DNA from: Lingula anatina
Taxonomy: Eukaryota; Animalia; Brachiopoda
DNA: 64,000 nucleotides
Assembly: GCA_051362555.1 (NCBI GenBank)
Contig: CM120641.1
Location: 47,188,401 to 47,252,400 of the forward strand
Direction: 5' to 3'
The number at the start of each line of letters is the position of its first letter. Positions within the stretch are counted from its first letter, which is position 1. The translations under genes and the position numbers were made by a program. This document shows, piece after piece, positions 13,403-25,346 of this stretch. A model generated the notes under the pieces. That model saw only the letters and a list, made by a program, of their open reading frames with translations. It was not told where the DNA came from and made no database searches.

Positions 13403-14245
13403 TAAACTAACGGCAACCCCCCCCTCTCTCTCTCCTCCCCCCCCCTATATATGCCCTTAATTCTAATGGGAAATTCAAGTCACAGCTGGTGACTCCACTA
13501 ACCGTGTCTTGCAGTCTTGTGTTCTGCCCTTGAAGGTCGTGCGCCATAACTTGTAGCAACACCTGCTTGTTGTAATTGAGTCATTACCATTAAAAAGTTT
13601 TCTGTTCACACAGTGAAGGACTGAACGAGCTCGAGCTATAGGTACTAACAGTACAGACCGTTGGGTTCACAAGAAAACCCGGGGAGGGAGATATTCAGGC
13701 AAATTAAAAGTGGCGGGGAAAGCACTCGGGAACAACAAACAAAACGTTAGGGTAGAGGAGGCCATGGGGATCAGAGGGGCCCGTCTAGAAAGAAAAGTAC
13801 GCCACAAACCCAATACACAATACTGCAAAAATTACGTTCACAGCTCATCAACAGGTGCAAGCACTGTCCCTTCAAATAAAAGAAGCAATTAAAACTTGGA
13901 GTCGATATTTAATCCGTTTTAATGTGCTTGTGGAGAAAGGGAGACCATCAGGGGATATTAGCGACATTGCTTTTAAGACGCTGCTTTATTAAACAATCGA
14001 CTCCAAGAAACTCCACGATGTGTCTTTTATACATGGATGATCTATTATCGCTTCCATCTCAGAAGGATTCAGTGCCAAAGTTTTAATTACGTACAATTAT
14101 GTACAAATATTTCTAATATTCCAAAGTGTTTCTAGTTTCATTTTCTCGTTTCCATTGCCTTGGTAACTTGTAAATGTAGAAGACCCTTACTTACATTAAT
14201 CACCTCCAGGTTGCTAAATTCGATGTCCTCTGACACTTAACACTC

Positions 14246-14678
14246 ACCTCACAGGTTTATAGTGGGGCACCAATGAAAATTATGTTTAACAGTCATTAAC
14301 AGAAGGTACAGACATGCATAAACTCACGCTCGGCTGTCACCTTCACGCTCGGCTGTCACCTTGATTGGTTAGAAAACGATCGTCGTAAAATCGCTACATC
14401 AGTACATGATTTAAAAACCGGGTACAAAAACTTTAAAAACACATAAAACGATCTTACAGTGCCATGCTAGTCTAACGTAAAGCAAAAAAAAAAAAAATAG
14501 TATTCAATTTATTCAAAAAGAATGTCCCTTTTAAGGATTAAAATCCCCATAGAGTCCCATATAGTAAAAAAAAAAAAAAACACTAACAGACTCAATTACA
14601 CAAGGTCGCATAAAGATACCTAGAGTCAAGGATAATTCTAAGGGACCAGCATAGGATTCAAATGACTGCGCATGCGCA
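14246..14678 (-). promoter_or_regulatory. Putative BFAR copy A promoter and non-coding first exon
   Basis: Minus-strand donor GAG|GTGAGT at 14248/14247, CCAAT (ATTGG 14364-14368), two direct copies of CACGCTCGGCTGTCACCTT (14325-14362) and a perfect NRF1-type palindrome TGCGCATGCGCA at 14667-14678. The block is conserved upstream of copy B. Confidence 0.5.
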
Positions 14679-15162
14679 AAAAGCGCGATGTTTGAAATGT
14701 TGAAACTGATAAAACCGCGGATGCGAATTGAGGGCGTCTTCTGGGTCTTCCGTAAGACGGCCTGAATTTTTCTTGTTTACATTGACGGTGATCTATTTTT
14801 TTCTATTTGAAGGCGATCAAAATCATCAAGATTTTTGACGATCTTCTTAATTTGACAGTGACGCTATTATATTTCGTGTCTTTTGTACCAACTTAAGTGG
14901 CATTAGACGTCATGAGAATATGGTCGTCTCGAGCGTTTTAGATCATATTAAATCTTGAAGCTTGCCCATGATCAGGCATTAGTTTTGGAGAAGAAAACGT
15001 GCTCAAGAAGAAAAACTTTGAAAAGAACTAAACCCAATATACTGGTAGAGTTGCAAATGAGGTATGTTTGATTATTTAAGGTTCCCACGTGAAGATGGAT
15101 TACTTTTTTTTCAGAAAAATTGAATATATTAAATTCAACGTGCTTTAAAATGTGTGTGTATG

Positions 15163-15218
<56 letters not shown>

Positions 15219-16137
15219 GAAGTAGAGGATGGGCCAACCAAGTTAATTTGAGGGAAGAATGTCAGAAAATATCTCTGGTTTTATTATAGAAATTCGTGTT
15301 GTAACGGTTCCAAACAATAGGATCACGTGCCGTTACAACACAATAATGTAAATCGTCCGACTGATTTTCACACACTAGTGATGATTTGTTGTCACGTCAC
15401 AATAACGAAACCCAACTTGTTGGTTTAAATCAATAGGATTTTTACTTCAAAGCAATAGCAATTTCATTTACCAGCATTTCAATATAGTGATTACATGCTG
15501 TTACGATACATAGTTACGTAACCCAACTAATTCTTTTAAAAATAATTGGGCAATTGAATTTAAACCTAGTAGAGTGTTGGTATTTCAAACAACATGGTTG
15601 TAACCTCATAACTACGTATTGTTCTCCTCAAAGACCTCCTAACGGGGTATACTTCACGTGCACATGCATATACTACTATTGTTAAGATTGAATATGACAA
15701 GGATCTACACAAGTTCCTAAATTTTCTGGGTTTTGTAAATGGTAACACGTACATGATACATAAATCTAAATATCTATTAAGTAAAAATTAAATGTCAAAC
15801 CAACATGACAAGGATCTACACAAGTTCCACAACCTTTAATTACTATCTCGGATTTGTAAAATTATTACCCCAACATGGTATATAAATCTGAACATATTTT
15901 AAGTAAAATTTAATAGCAAACTAGCTCTAACTTGCACATACATTTTTATATTACTCATGTTTCCGTTAACTCAGTTCTTGAGTATGTATACATTTGCAGT
16001 CTTTTATTGGAATTTAGCAGAAATCAAAAACCTGGACCTTTACTTATAACTGTTCATATGAACATGAGAGAAAAATATCCTCCCTAAATATACTGTTATG
16101 CTGTTATGCAAAAAATGATAAGAAATGAAAAAATATT

Positions 16138-19100
16138 TTAGGCAACGTTGAGTGCCCGCTGGGAGAGCACCCTTACAAAATATACAAGATAAAAAATTGG
16201 GTCCACAAATACTCTCAAGTAAAACCAAATGTTTATGAAACCAGGAATTAGTGGCAGCAAGAAGAGTTGCATCATCATTCCAAAGACATGGCCAAGGATG
16301 GACTCAAAACTGAAAACAATAAATGAAAATAGTTTTACTCATTTGCATTTTTCATGTGACACGATAGTTATATCCCCCATAAAGTGTTTTATGCATTCAA
16401 ATGTGATTGAAATCTACAATATCTATATCAAATATTATACATACATGTAAGTGCACGTCCACGACACTGGGTAACAAGATTGGAACATGGGCAACATGGC
16501 GCCGATCTTGTAAGCGCCAGGGGGTGGAAACGCGCTACTTATATGATTATTACCCTCTACCAGGGTGAGTGATAAATTTTTAACAGATATTCACAGATAT
16601 GTCTCTAGCTAGATAGATGGTCATTTTCAGCTAAACTCACCCATTTGAAAAATCCCATTTGAAAACAATTATCTCTGCGCGCGCGCCAAAGGCTTTGTAC
16701 TTGCTCTGCATGAGCTGAGCTTCACAACCATGTGATAACTGCTCGTTACGTAACCAGTCTAAGGCTTTTTTATCTGTCACAGAAGAGCAAGTAATTGAAG
16801 TCAGAGTAATTAACTGTCTTGATTGCTGTCACGCAGACTTAGACTGGACCTGCTAAGTGGCAGTGCCTGAGCAGTTATGCAAACTATTATCAGCTATGTA
16901 ATCAGCCTTGATATTCCTCAACAGGGTGAGTTTAGCTGAAAACGACCATCTACATGTATCTAGCTAGAGACATATCTGTGAATATCTGTTAAAAAATGTA
17001 TTACTCACCCTGGTAGAGGGTATATGATTATGACGAGCCTAAACGTCACCTGGTACCGGATATAGGTTTGTGACCTTGATGGGCAATTAAGCTTGGTCTT
17101 TGCAGCACGCATGAACAGTAGTCGATTTACCACACCTGGGTCTTTTGTTTTTGACAACTGTTCACTCGTCAACGAGGTGCTTGTTCAAGACTACAGACGG
17201 ACATCTACTAGTACTACCAGTGGCTTCATTAGTAACGTTCCCACAATTCACTGTTTTATGTCTGTGCGTACTTACCCTGAAAATGGCCAGCCTCACTGAC
17301 GAGAACAATGGACGTTTCTCACCCCTCTCTAGGATTACTCCTGTAAGCGCGCTTTCCGCATAGAATATGCATCGTGATTGCTTAATATTCAAAACTTTCG
17401 TAACATAAAACACACACAAAAATTATTAGACAAGTGTACACTTAACATCCCTGCGCTCCTGAATCGGCGGTAAAACAGCGACGACATGAAATTGTCTCTT
17501 GTGTTCACGCTCTCCGTTTATAATTAATATACATCGTATTTTGCTTCATATTCATAATGTTTGAAAAACGTAACAATTAGCACATTCAAAATTATCAGGG
17601 AAGAGCACACTATGACTTAACTTCACAGAGTTGGGAAACCTCGCTGCGATCCTGAATCGGCGGCTAAACAGGATGGCATGAAGTCGTTTTTCGTGAGTTA
17701 CACGCTAAAATGTGGGGATCGGATGTAGCTCATTTAATTACCCTTACGAAAATTTCCTATAGAATTTCCTATAGCATCCTATAAGATTTCCTATAGGATC
17801 CTATAGGAATTTTTGTAATAGTCTGAAAATATATTAAAAATCAAAATCATATACTGATATTTAAACCAGATTCATTATTTTTCATTCAACCCGGCCTTAT
17901 AAAAATTCCCTATATGAATTAGCATAGGATTTCCTATAGGTTCCTATAGAAATTCCTATAAGATTTCCTATAGGATCCTATAGGATTTTTTGTAATGGTC
18001 TGAACATAAATTAAAAATCAAAATCATATACTGATATTTAAACCAGATTCATTATTTTTCATTCAACCCGGCCTTATAAAAATTCCCTATATGAATTAGC
18101 ATAGGATTTCCTATAGGTTCCTATAGAAATTCCTATAAGATTTCCTATAGGATCCTATAGGAATTTTTGTAATAGTCTGAACATAAATTAAAAATCAAAA
18201 TCACCTACTGATATTTAAACCAGATTCATTATTTTTCATTCAACCCGGCCTTATAAAATTCCCTATATGAATTAGAATAGGATTTCCTATAGGTTCCTAC
18301 AGAAATTCCTATAAGATTTCCTATAGGATCCTATAGGAATTGTTGTAATGGTCTGAACATAAATTTAAAAAAAAAATAATTTCAGATTCAATGATATGAT
18401 ACAAAAACATTCCTAATGATAAAATTTTTCTCCATAAAAGATTACTTTACAAATGATCAATTTTTTCAAGATTTCTTTAAAATAGAAATTAAAGAATTTG
18501 TATAGAATCCTATAGAAGACTATAAGATTGTGCATTATAAACAATAAAAAGCATTTTTGCTTTAATAGTGATATATAATTGACAATTCAACTGATAAAAT
18601 TGACCAATATCAAATATCTATTGTTTAGAATGATATTTGTTTATAAGATATGCATTTTTCTCAAGATTTTAACTTACAACAATTTCCTATAGGATCCTAT
18701 AGGAAATCCTATAGGAAATGTGCCCTATAGGATCCTATAAGATTTCCTATAGGATCCTATAGGAATCCTATAGGATCCTATAAGATTTCCTATAGGATCC
18801 TATAGGAATCCTATAGGATCCTATAGGAAATTTTCATAAGGGTAGTCTCATTTAATATTCATGTGACCGTTTAATTACGTCATCAGTGGAAATCTCCACT
18901 CTTTACATGTACGTTGTTTCTGGAAGGGGAGGAAACGAAACAGGTTAGGGTCATATCATCTTTGATTACAGGTTCAGATGACAGGATTTCCTTACAAATT
19001 GTTGTTTTATGAAAAGCAGGCTGTATTTCAGATTGAACAATTTGTATAGTTCATGTGTACGGGAGATAATACTTTGTACTGAAGTTAAAAACGGACACTA

Positions 19101-19479
19101 TAGTAAAACACAACAGCCCATCTTCTTCACTTATAAAAATTTGCGACGAAGAGCAATATTTGTTTTTTTTTCTAGTGTGTGTGCCGTAAATGATCCTTGA
19201 TATGACAACTGAGAGCTTTTTCTTTCATTATGTAGAGCTGCAAAATAGACTGATATGTCTTTCTCACAGATTTAAGCGCTGCTATAGTGTCGTTTTCGGC
19301 TAAGAATTAAAAAAAAAATTAAAACACAGCAATGTATGGAAACACAAAGTTGTTTGTTATAATAGGACAAATTCACCCCCTTTTAAATGAAAGCTACCCC
19401 ATTGTAATCCAACACATAGGAATATTCTGAAATACTTTTAAAGATGATAACCCATTGTTGTTACCAGTATCGTGGACGT

Positions 19480-19567
<88 letters not shown>

Positions 19568-21305
19568 TGATTGCACTTGTATGTTAAAAGATCTATAAAA
19601 GATTAAGAAAATGTAAAGTTTATTAGACAGCTAACCTTAACTTTGACACTGACGAGAATTTTACTTCTAAGGCTTCCTGCACTGTGTAGATGACACAGTT
19701 GATAAGGACAAAGCATGAAGTCCACATATGCACAGTAATCCAGTCCCAGGTAAATACAGCTATTAACAAGTAAGGACAAAGAATCAGCTGAGGTAAAAAT
19801 CTACACCACTGTCCTAATGTAGGAGGAGCCTGAAATTGAGAAGAGAAACACTGATGCTATGAATTATACCAACTCCCAAAGTGATGCTCTACTAAAGTTT
19901 CTACTTTAAAATGCACATCTCAGAATCTGCAAAAATTAACACTGCAAATAAAATTACACAAATAGTTTCTTCACTTCTGCAACATTAAGTACGCGCGCGT
20001 CGCTGTCACTTTTTACCAGCACTTTTTCATTAAAATGCCTTTAAGTGTCTGTATATAAACAAACTCGAAAGGAAAATTTCTGCAAAATAAAATGGTTTGC
20101 ACCTACCCTGTTAGCCATCAGCATTTCATCTGAGACATTTTCCACAGGAACGACTTTATGTATAAATGGAAGGAAAGAGTCTTGGTAGTCAAACCAGTAT
20201 AGATAGAGGAACAGGAGCCTTGGATGATTCTTTATGCCGATCGCTAAAATATTAGTCTTGACAGGATAAAGTGCCTGAAAGAATCCCAAGTGTAAATGAA
20301 TACATTATGCCGAATAATTTGGAAACCCGTGCCCACCAATTGCATTACATGTTGGGTTTTCTCTATTTTTAGTGACATTTGCAGGTACTATATACCATAA
20401 AGAGAAAAAACATCAAAATGGATAAAATTGCAGATAAATCACTTTATACATGTATTAGTTCATGTAAAGTGTATGTTTAAATAAACCTACATGGGCATTA
20501 ACACTTGCCTTGTACTCCCACAAGTTTTTAGGTGGTTTCACACCCAGATGCTGTACTACTTGTATTGCCTCCAGTAGTGCTCTTTTGTGAACTGGTGGAA
20601 TAGATGTTCCAACTATTAACCCTAAATCGTCTTCTTGTAAGCTGCCCAACAGACGACCATCTGATGAAAAAAGAAAAAGATATGCAGCCACATCTAAACA
20701 CAACATCAAACCTATTCATCTATATTATACAGCACCATCATTTTTCAACAGCTCACCAATTTTCCCTACGTTATCTCATTTTCATGTCATAAAATGACAG
20801 GGCTCCCACAAGTAATGTTAACATTGTCGACGTAGCCCATTGCTCAGTGCGATGTCAAAATGGAAAACCATACGCTATTTCGCCACACAGTGCCCGTAGC
20901 ATACCATGTACGTAATTTACATGAAGACTTATATCCCAGTATCAGATTTATACATACTGTATTTCTCATAAACGTATAGTTACTTAAATTATTGATCAAA
21001 CCTATTTGATGTTCCTTGAATTTCCCAGCATACATCTGTTTGGCCCATTCACCATGTTCCCCAATCCAGTCAGCGACCTCTTCCACAGACCACTTCTGCA
21101 CTGGATTGTTCACCAGCAAAGTACTGCCATCTCCATTAAACCAGCTTGAAGTCAACCATACAAACTTGAATACAAGAGAAATAATAATTGGTAAAATGAA
21201 ATAAATAATTGGTAAAGCAATCATCTGTGTCTACCCTAGGGATTATCATGTAATATAAATCATGGAATCAAAGATGCAATTGGTTAACTTGGTGAAATAA
21301 CATGT

Positions 21306-21338
<33 letters not shown>

Positions 21339-22243
21339 AGTTAGTGTGTGGGGAGTGGAAAAGTGGTTAAAAACCAACCATTCTAACGCATAATGATACA
21401 TGCTGTCATCTTCTAAAATAAAGAAGTTGTAAAACTCCCTCAACCCCCCCCCCCCCAATCCTTTACCAAATGAAAAAATGTACTGATGTTCTGAACATCA
21501 CTTGTATCTAAATGCCCTTAAAAACTAAGCCCACACCCAGGTGCTGAGGTTGTATACATACCAGTGCAACTGTCAGAAATATGCACAGTGCATAACAATA
21601 GCTAACCATCACTTCCATAAAATACAACTTCTCAGCCAGTTCTCGGTTAATTTGTGTGGAAACTTTCTGAAGAATATCTGTGCCTGGAGAAAGCTGCGAT
21701 TGCTGCTGAGTCATTATTCTGAAAATAGAATAATTCACTGTCATATTACGACTAAATTCTGGTCTCCCAAATAGTTATGACGCTTATTTTCTCAGATCTA
21801 TTTACTAACACAACTGTACAATTGCTATTTTGTTGTTCATGGGAGCCAGAATAAACTTTTTAAATGAAATATGAAAAAGTGAATGCAATGTGCACAATAC
21901 CATGTCACCATTTGAAGCTAATGTCATAATGTGCATGGTGTCCCTATTATTTTGCCTACCCTGTATATGTCATAGGGAAGATTGAAATCCAGGCAGAGTT
22001 TCAATTTGCCTAGATGGAAATTTCAAACTGGTGTAGGCAGATTTAAACCCACCTGGATATTAATCCTGATGAACAAGCCTGATGACAAACTGGACAGTTT
22101 TGTCTCTGACCAGCCGTAAACCATTGTGCCAGGCAGTGTCTGCATACGTTGTGTCCACAGTTCAATGTTGTTGGATCTATCAACATTTCAAAACAGATTG
22201 GACAATTGGAATCCATTTCTGGCATGTCTATGTAAGCTGACAT
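16138..22243 (-). CDS. BFAR: Bifunctional apoptosis regulator-like RING/SAM membrane E3 ligase, copy B (~398 aa, open frame)
   Basis: Exons 22243-22053 (C3HC4 RING CPICFEMLIDPTTLNCGHNVCRHC..CPVC), 21718-21562 (TM), 21164-21002 (SAM KWSVEEVADWI; alternative acceptor 21224), 20660-20509 (GRLL..GVKPPKNLWEYK, GC donor), 20274-20107 (HPRLLFLYLYWFDYQDSFLPFIH), 19829-19636 (WDWITVHMWTS), 16309-16138. These motifs match BFAR hallmarks as I recall them (GVKPPQNLWEYK, PRL..LYLYLFDY.D.FLPFIH, WDWLEVHYWTS). Confidence 0.8.
16551..17022. mobile_element. MITE with ~90-bp TIRs and 9-bp TSD
   Basis: TACCCTCTACCAGGGTGAG..CTCACCCTGGTAGAGGGTA; TSD TATGATTAT (16542-16550, 17023-17031). Confidence 0.85.
17739..18844. 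mobile_element. Foldback element with internal 180-bp tandem repeat rich in CCTATAGG
   Basis: Termini TACCCTTACGAAAATTTCCTATAG / CTATAGGAAATTTTCATAAGGGTA; both flanks contain CTCATTTAAT; ~3.3 units of 180 bp (17770-18365). Confidence 0.75.
19481..19565. repeat. Compound (CA)n(TA)n microsatellite
   Basis: Directly visible. Others: (TG)n(GA)n 15163-15211, (TG)n 21308-21336, (TA)n 38906-38983, (ATA)n 43620-43663, (CA)n 56159-56190. Confidence 0.95.
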
Positions 22244-23060
22244 GATAATTCTTCCTTTAAGATTAAAATCCTCCTTGCTTCTTACAACTTCCTGAAAGGC
22301 AAATTAATGAAGTACATGTAGTGTTTTTAATTGTTTGATATTGTTCTGAAAAATAGTTATTGATAATTAACTTGGTGTATCATATTCTATTTAATGGTAC
22401 AGTGCAAAACCTGCTACTATAATATTAAACAAAATAATTTACAAGACAGGCCAAAACACAATTTTTAAAGCTGTACTATTTCTTTCCTAAGCATGAATAT
22501 AAAATACGAGATTTGTACACCACTATCAAGCTTTCATCCGTTTTAGTAATTTTCAGCCAATTGCAATGAATAAAGACTGAGGTGTTTAAGTACATTTTTA
22601 AAAAGATTAAAGCTTTCAAAAGTGGGGGTAGTTGGAATTTTAATAACAATTGCTAAATATTGGGATTTTGGGCATTTCACACCAGCTTAACCACAAACTT
22701 ATCTTACCTCCACATTAAAAAGTGTGTGATGAGCTGGAAATATGAAATAACTACCAATCAATAGATCAAATGAATAAATCTCCAATTTGAGAGTGTTCAG
22801 CCCTTAGCTTGAGCTGTTACAAACCGATATATAGGGCACTATATACTCTATATGCCCTTGTGTGATATGCAGGTGATAGGTGGATATCAACAAAATATGG
22901 GTTTCGAATCATGTAGGATTTTAAACAAACCTTCGTGCTTTTTAATTAAAAACCTGTCTAATTTTGAAAAGGATCAAAAGTTGACCAAACAGAACTTAAA
23001 ATGCAAACATTTCAGAGAAAATCATAAAATTTTTTAATGTTGTTCTGATAAGACAACTTT

Positions 23061-23270
23061 GAGCCCATTTAGAATAAAAGATCTTCATGAAAAAAGAGCC
23101 GACTAATCCGTTGATGATCTCCCCGCCTGAACACGCGCCGTCCTTGCAGGGGTCTAGCAATTAAACCTCGGATTCATAATTTAATCCGATTAATGGCGCG
23201 TGTGGAGGCGGAAAGACCATCAGCGGATTTGTCGGCTCTTCTTTCCGCCATATTTTATTCTGAATGGGCT
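23061..23270. mobile_element. Hairpin MITE (GAGCCCATT..AATGGGCT family)
   Basis: Inverted arms GAGCCCATTTAGAATAAAA..AGAGCCGAC / GTCGGCTCT..TTTTATTCTGAATGGGCT; a relative lies at 28389-28641. Confidence 0.55.
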
Positions 23271-23959
23271 TTTAAATTGACATGTTGTAGAATTCGACCT
23301 AATATCAAAAGGAGATCCCGACGAGGTAATTATTTAATTGTACATAATTGAATTTTGAATCCCTATGAGAGCGATAAGAGATCATACATGTATAAAAACA
23401 CAATTATTTAATAAAGCAGTGTCTCGTTTACTAAGCCTTGAACTATCTGTAAATCTGACTCTTCGTTTTGGGCCTCAGTCCTTTCTGCGGGGAATTCTGC
23501 AGGAGATTTGTTTATAGATGTATGATGTTTCTTTGAGAACATTTAGAAAAGATGACCCGTGGACTAAATATGACCGAGGACTAAATATGGCAGATACAAC
23601 GTCAAAGGAAGCCGCTTAATCCCCAGAGGGTCCCACGTGCGTCATTACACTCGTTAAATCTCGGGTCCGAGGTTTGATCGCTAGGCCCCTGCAGAGACGG
23701 CGAGTGTGGAGACGGGGAGACCATCGGCGGATTATAAGCGGTTACACGGTACCTTTGACTAGGTAGGCCATATTTGATCTGCGGATCTGTAAGTCCGAGG
23801 ATCAACATGTTCAATTCATCGTCCTGTGCCCATTTCATCGGCTTAAATAGTGATGTTGTAAATCGGCATGCTTTGAGGGAGCACACCAAAAATGGCAACA
23901 TCTACGTAACCTTGTTCGGAATCAAAGACAGCGATCTCGTTATCGTCTGTCGGTGGGCA

Positions 23960-24130
23960 TCTGCTTAGAAAATCTGCAAAAACAATGAGGCGCCCTTGAT
24001 GTATTCAAATTTTGCGTTGTATTCCGAAATCACCGCGATTAATCATTGAAGTCTAACGTCTTGTAATTTAACAGTAAACAAAGCTTTCATCGGTTTGTTA
24101 TCTATAAAGACTAGGTCGTTTACTCCCCAC
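23960..24130 (-). mobile_element. Gypsy RNase H C-terminal fragment
   Basis: Minus-strand translation ..IDNKPMKAL..VRLQ*..ISEYNAKFEYIKG..(frameshift)ADFLSR matches the TDHKPL..EY..I.Y.KG..N..ADFLSR motif. Confidence 0.6.
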
Positions 24131-25200
24131 ATAGAGGTAGTTTATCTCTTTGTCGACCAATCAATTTTATTTTATTTTATTTTGTCAATTTTATTTTTGC
24201 TAAAGGCGCTCGATAGGCCCGAGGTTGTAACAGGGGCGCGACACCAGTGTCTATAACAATTGGCGTGATGTCATGTTTCTAGTGGGTTTCCAGAATAAAA
24301 ACATCCGCGTACTCAGCACTTAAACTGTCGATTTCGCCGTTTCCGAACGACAGGGGTTACTGCTTTACGTATTCTAAGCGGTTGGAATCCCGTAATCAAT
24401 GAGCACATTCAGAGCAGATGATCCGCGGACTAACTGATCCGCCAACTAAATATGATCGATCCCACTTAAAAGCGATGTCGCTAATTCCCTGATGGTCTCC
24501 CCGCTTTCACAAGCACCATTAAACGGATTAAATCTCAACTCCAAGGTTTAATTGCTTTTTTATTTGAAGGGATAGTGATTGCTTCTGTTGATGAGCTGTG
24601 AGCGTAGTTTTTTGCAGTATTGTATCCAACTGGGTTTAATGCGTGTCTCTTCGGATAAAAAAAACTGTTTGGGCCCAAGGAACATTCATGCCGAGTTAGA
24701 CATTTGTACTATAAAATGCAGCGTTTGACCCCTTAACAAGCCTACTATATAACGTCCGTTTGCTACTCCCAAATGCTTTCCCCGCCACTTTTAATTTGCC
24801 TGAATATCTCCCTCCCTCGGTTTTCTTGTTCAGTCAAAGTGATGGCCTCGAGCGTTGTGGGCCAGCACCTAACCATTAACTCCTCTGCTAAATTTCTTTT
24901 TACCAACACACACATGTACACCCTAACCACAAAACGCTCTGTTTTCCCCTGTCTCTGAAAGGTGAACGCTCTGTTAGCTCTTTCCCTAAATCTCCCATTA
25001 GACCTCGTACGTGTTTCGAATGCTGGCTGCTTCGTACCTCCTAGTTAGAAACCTTTTAATCGCCTGCCTGAGTGTGCACCTCTCGAGTTTCTTGTCACTA
25101 ACCTAACGATACCCCCGGTACACCATGTATTGGTTCGTTTACTACATCTATTGCATCTTTATATGCCCTTAATTCTTATGGCATATTCCTGTCACAGCTG

Positions 25201-25346
25201 GGCCCGTATCTCAAAAGCATTGCGCATTGCGACCGTGCACAAGCGTCTCGATTCCATAACTCGCCCATACTCGTCCCATATAATACATTGTAGCCTCTTT
25301 GTGATATAGCGATTCGCAATACGCGATGCTTTAGAGATACGGGGCC
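25201..25346. mobile_element. PIF/Harbinger-type MITE
   Basis: TIR GGCCCGTATCTCAAAAGCAT / ATGCTTTAGAGATACGGGGCC with CTG/CAG flanks; empty site CACAGCTGGTGACTCC at ~13481-13496. Confidence 0.75.

Larger units (their letters stand above)
16451..19483. mobile_element. ~3-kb TIR element in last intron of BFAR copy B, containing nested insertions
   Basis: GTGCACGTCCACGACACTGGGTAAC (16451) vs GTTACCAGTATCGTGGACGTGCAC (19460-19483); absent from the copy A intron; followed by a (CA)n(TA)n microsatellite. Confidence 0.6.

Noticed and set aside
17760-18840. Short palindromic repeats (CCTATAGG) resembling CRISPR or iterons
   Set aside because: Intervening sequences are themselves repeated (180-bp unit) and lie within TIRs; this is a foldback transposon.
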